Notes under the pieces: model-generated
Seen by the model: the letters and a program-made list of their open reading frames with translations, nothing else
Databases searched by the model: none
What the model was told of the DNA's origin: nothing
Shown: positions 63,431-64,000 of the stretch, piece by piece
How the letters are laid out: every line of letters begins with the position of its first letter
Numbering within the stretch: position 1 is the stretch's first letter
Position numbers and translations under genes: made by a program
Virus record (IMG/VR): IMGVR_UViG_3300027920_000904
Source of the DNA: a virus
DNA: 64,000 bases
Direction: 5' to 3' (one strand)

Positions 63431-64000
63431 TCACCTCCACCTGGCCGATCCGCCCGGGCTCCGCGACTCTTCCTTGGCCGGCGGGTTCACGGCGGTGTCT
63501 CGTCCGCTGTTCAGTCGCTGGACCTTCTCGCCGATCGTGACCTGCTTGGGTGCGGGACTCGGCTTGCGCGCGCCGCCCATCCGACCGTCGCGGATCTCGC
63601 CGACTCCCACTGCCCGATTGGTGTCGCTCCACCGCTCCATCGCGTTTCCGGGCGCGCTGTAGCGCTGCTCGGCCTTCGCCACGGTCTGGTCCTTCTTGGC
63701 CTGGTTGGCCGCGACCTCTTGAGCCGTGAGCTTGTAGGACTTGCGGCTCGTGGTCGACGTCGGCATGCCGGCGTTGTTCGCCTTGGTGCCGGCGAGGTTC
63801 TTGTTGTAGGCGCGCTCCGACATGATCCGCTTCATGCGGTTCGGGGCGGTCTCCCACGGGACATCGGACGTGCCGGGGCCGCCGCCCTTGCCGCCGCCAG
63901 CGGGCTTGGTCGGATCAGGCTTGGGATCGCCGGCGGTGCTGGGTCGGAAGCCGGGGGAGGGCCGCCACTGCTGCGGCTGCGTCTTCGCCGGCGACTCGAG
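63431..64000 (-). CDS. basic low-complexity virion protein (5'-partial; frame open to window edge)
   Basis: No stop between 64000 and 63434 in this frame; K/R/P/G-rich. Confidence 0.6.
   Translation of the reverse strand, partial: LESPAKTQPQQWRPSPGFRPSTAGDPKPDPTKPAGGGKGGGPGTSDVPWETAPNRMKRIMSERAYNKNLAGTKANNAGMPTSTTSRKSYKLTAQEVAANQAKKDQTVAKAEQRYSAPGNAMERWSDTNRAVGVGEIRDGRMGGARKPSPAPKQVTIGEKVQRLNSGRDTAVNPPAKEESRSPGGSARWR

Larger units (their letters stand above)
1..64000. mobile_element. Segment of a large myovirus-like dsDNA bacteriophage genome
   Basis: Head-neck-sheath-tube block on the - strand; phage-type replication/recombination genes and dense small ORFs on the + strand; no host housekeeping operons, attachment site or integrase seen. 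Confidence 0.93.

Noticed and set aside
1..64000. Bacterial chromosome origin region, suggested by dnaN, ssb, tmk, dinG and DnaA-like boxes
   Set aside because: No dnaA/recF/gyrB or other housekeeping synteny; the genes are divergent and embedded among phage ORFs next to a virion module
1..64000. Full TAG reassignment (alternative genetic code)
   Set aside because: Long conserved genes, including late genes, are uninterrupted under code 11, and TAG ends genes directly before terminators (37750, 42960)
1..64000. tRNA, rRNA, DGR/retron or integrase
   Set aside because: No cloverleaf/T-loop in the intergenic gaps, no reverse transcriptase motifs, no TR/VR pair and no recombinase motifs found by eye; tRNAscan/Infernal not run

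Overview
The whole window reads as an internal segment of a large, high-GC, contractile-tailed (myovirus-like) dsDNA phage. I found no integrase, rRNA, tRNA or CRISPR array. The + strand (1 to ~50.1 kb) carries early/middle genes. These include a lower-GC, palindrome-rich origin-like spacer with DnaA-box-like 9-mers and a 1121-aa AEP primase/4-Cys/MCM-helicase fusion. A long run of tiny, coupled, often Cys-rich ORFs follows, with Lar-like, MazG-like, SLOG, AAA+ and HAD genes among them. Further on are DinG, an ASCH-like protein, a HerA-like ATPase, DUF5131, TMK, an M15 endolysin, a Sak4-like ATPase with a Cas4/AddB-like nuclease, a beta-clamp homologue, an SLT, SSB, a resolvase-like nuclease and a stand-alone 3'-5' exonuclease. 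The - strand (50.1 to 64 kb, plus a three-gene island at 31.4-33.9 kb) carries virion genes: prohead protease, scaffold/internal head proteins, major capsid, neck, tail sheath and tube. The most notable signals are (1) a K-x-A motif and FADE-x-x-K-x-A leader confined to head-module proteins, suggesting a protease-processing/capsid-targeting code; (2) a chimeric replisome in which the helicase ends in an SSB-like acidic PF tail and two micro-proteins end in beta-clamp-binding motifs; (3) a 51-aa pure polyanion; (4) nested domain insertions in virion proteins; and (5) leaderless sigma70-type promoters. Two genes resemble myxobacterial families as I recall them, so a Myxococcota host is a tentative, unverified inference. 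All family calls come from reading motifs by eye; no database searches were run.
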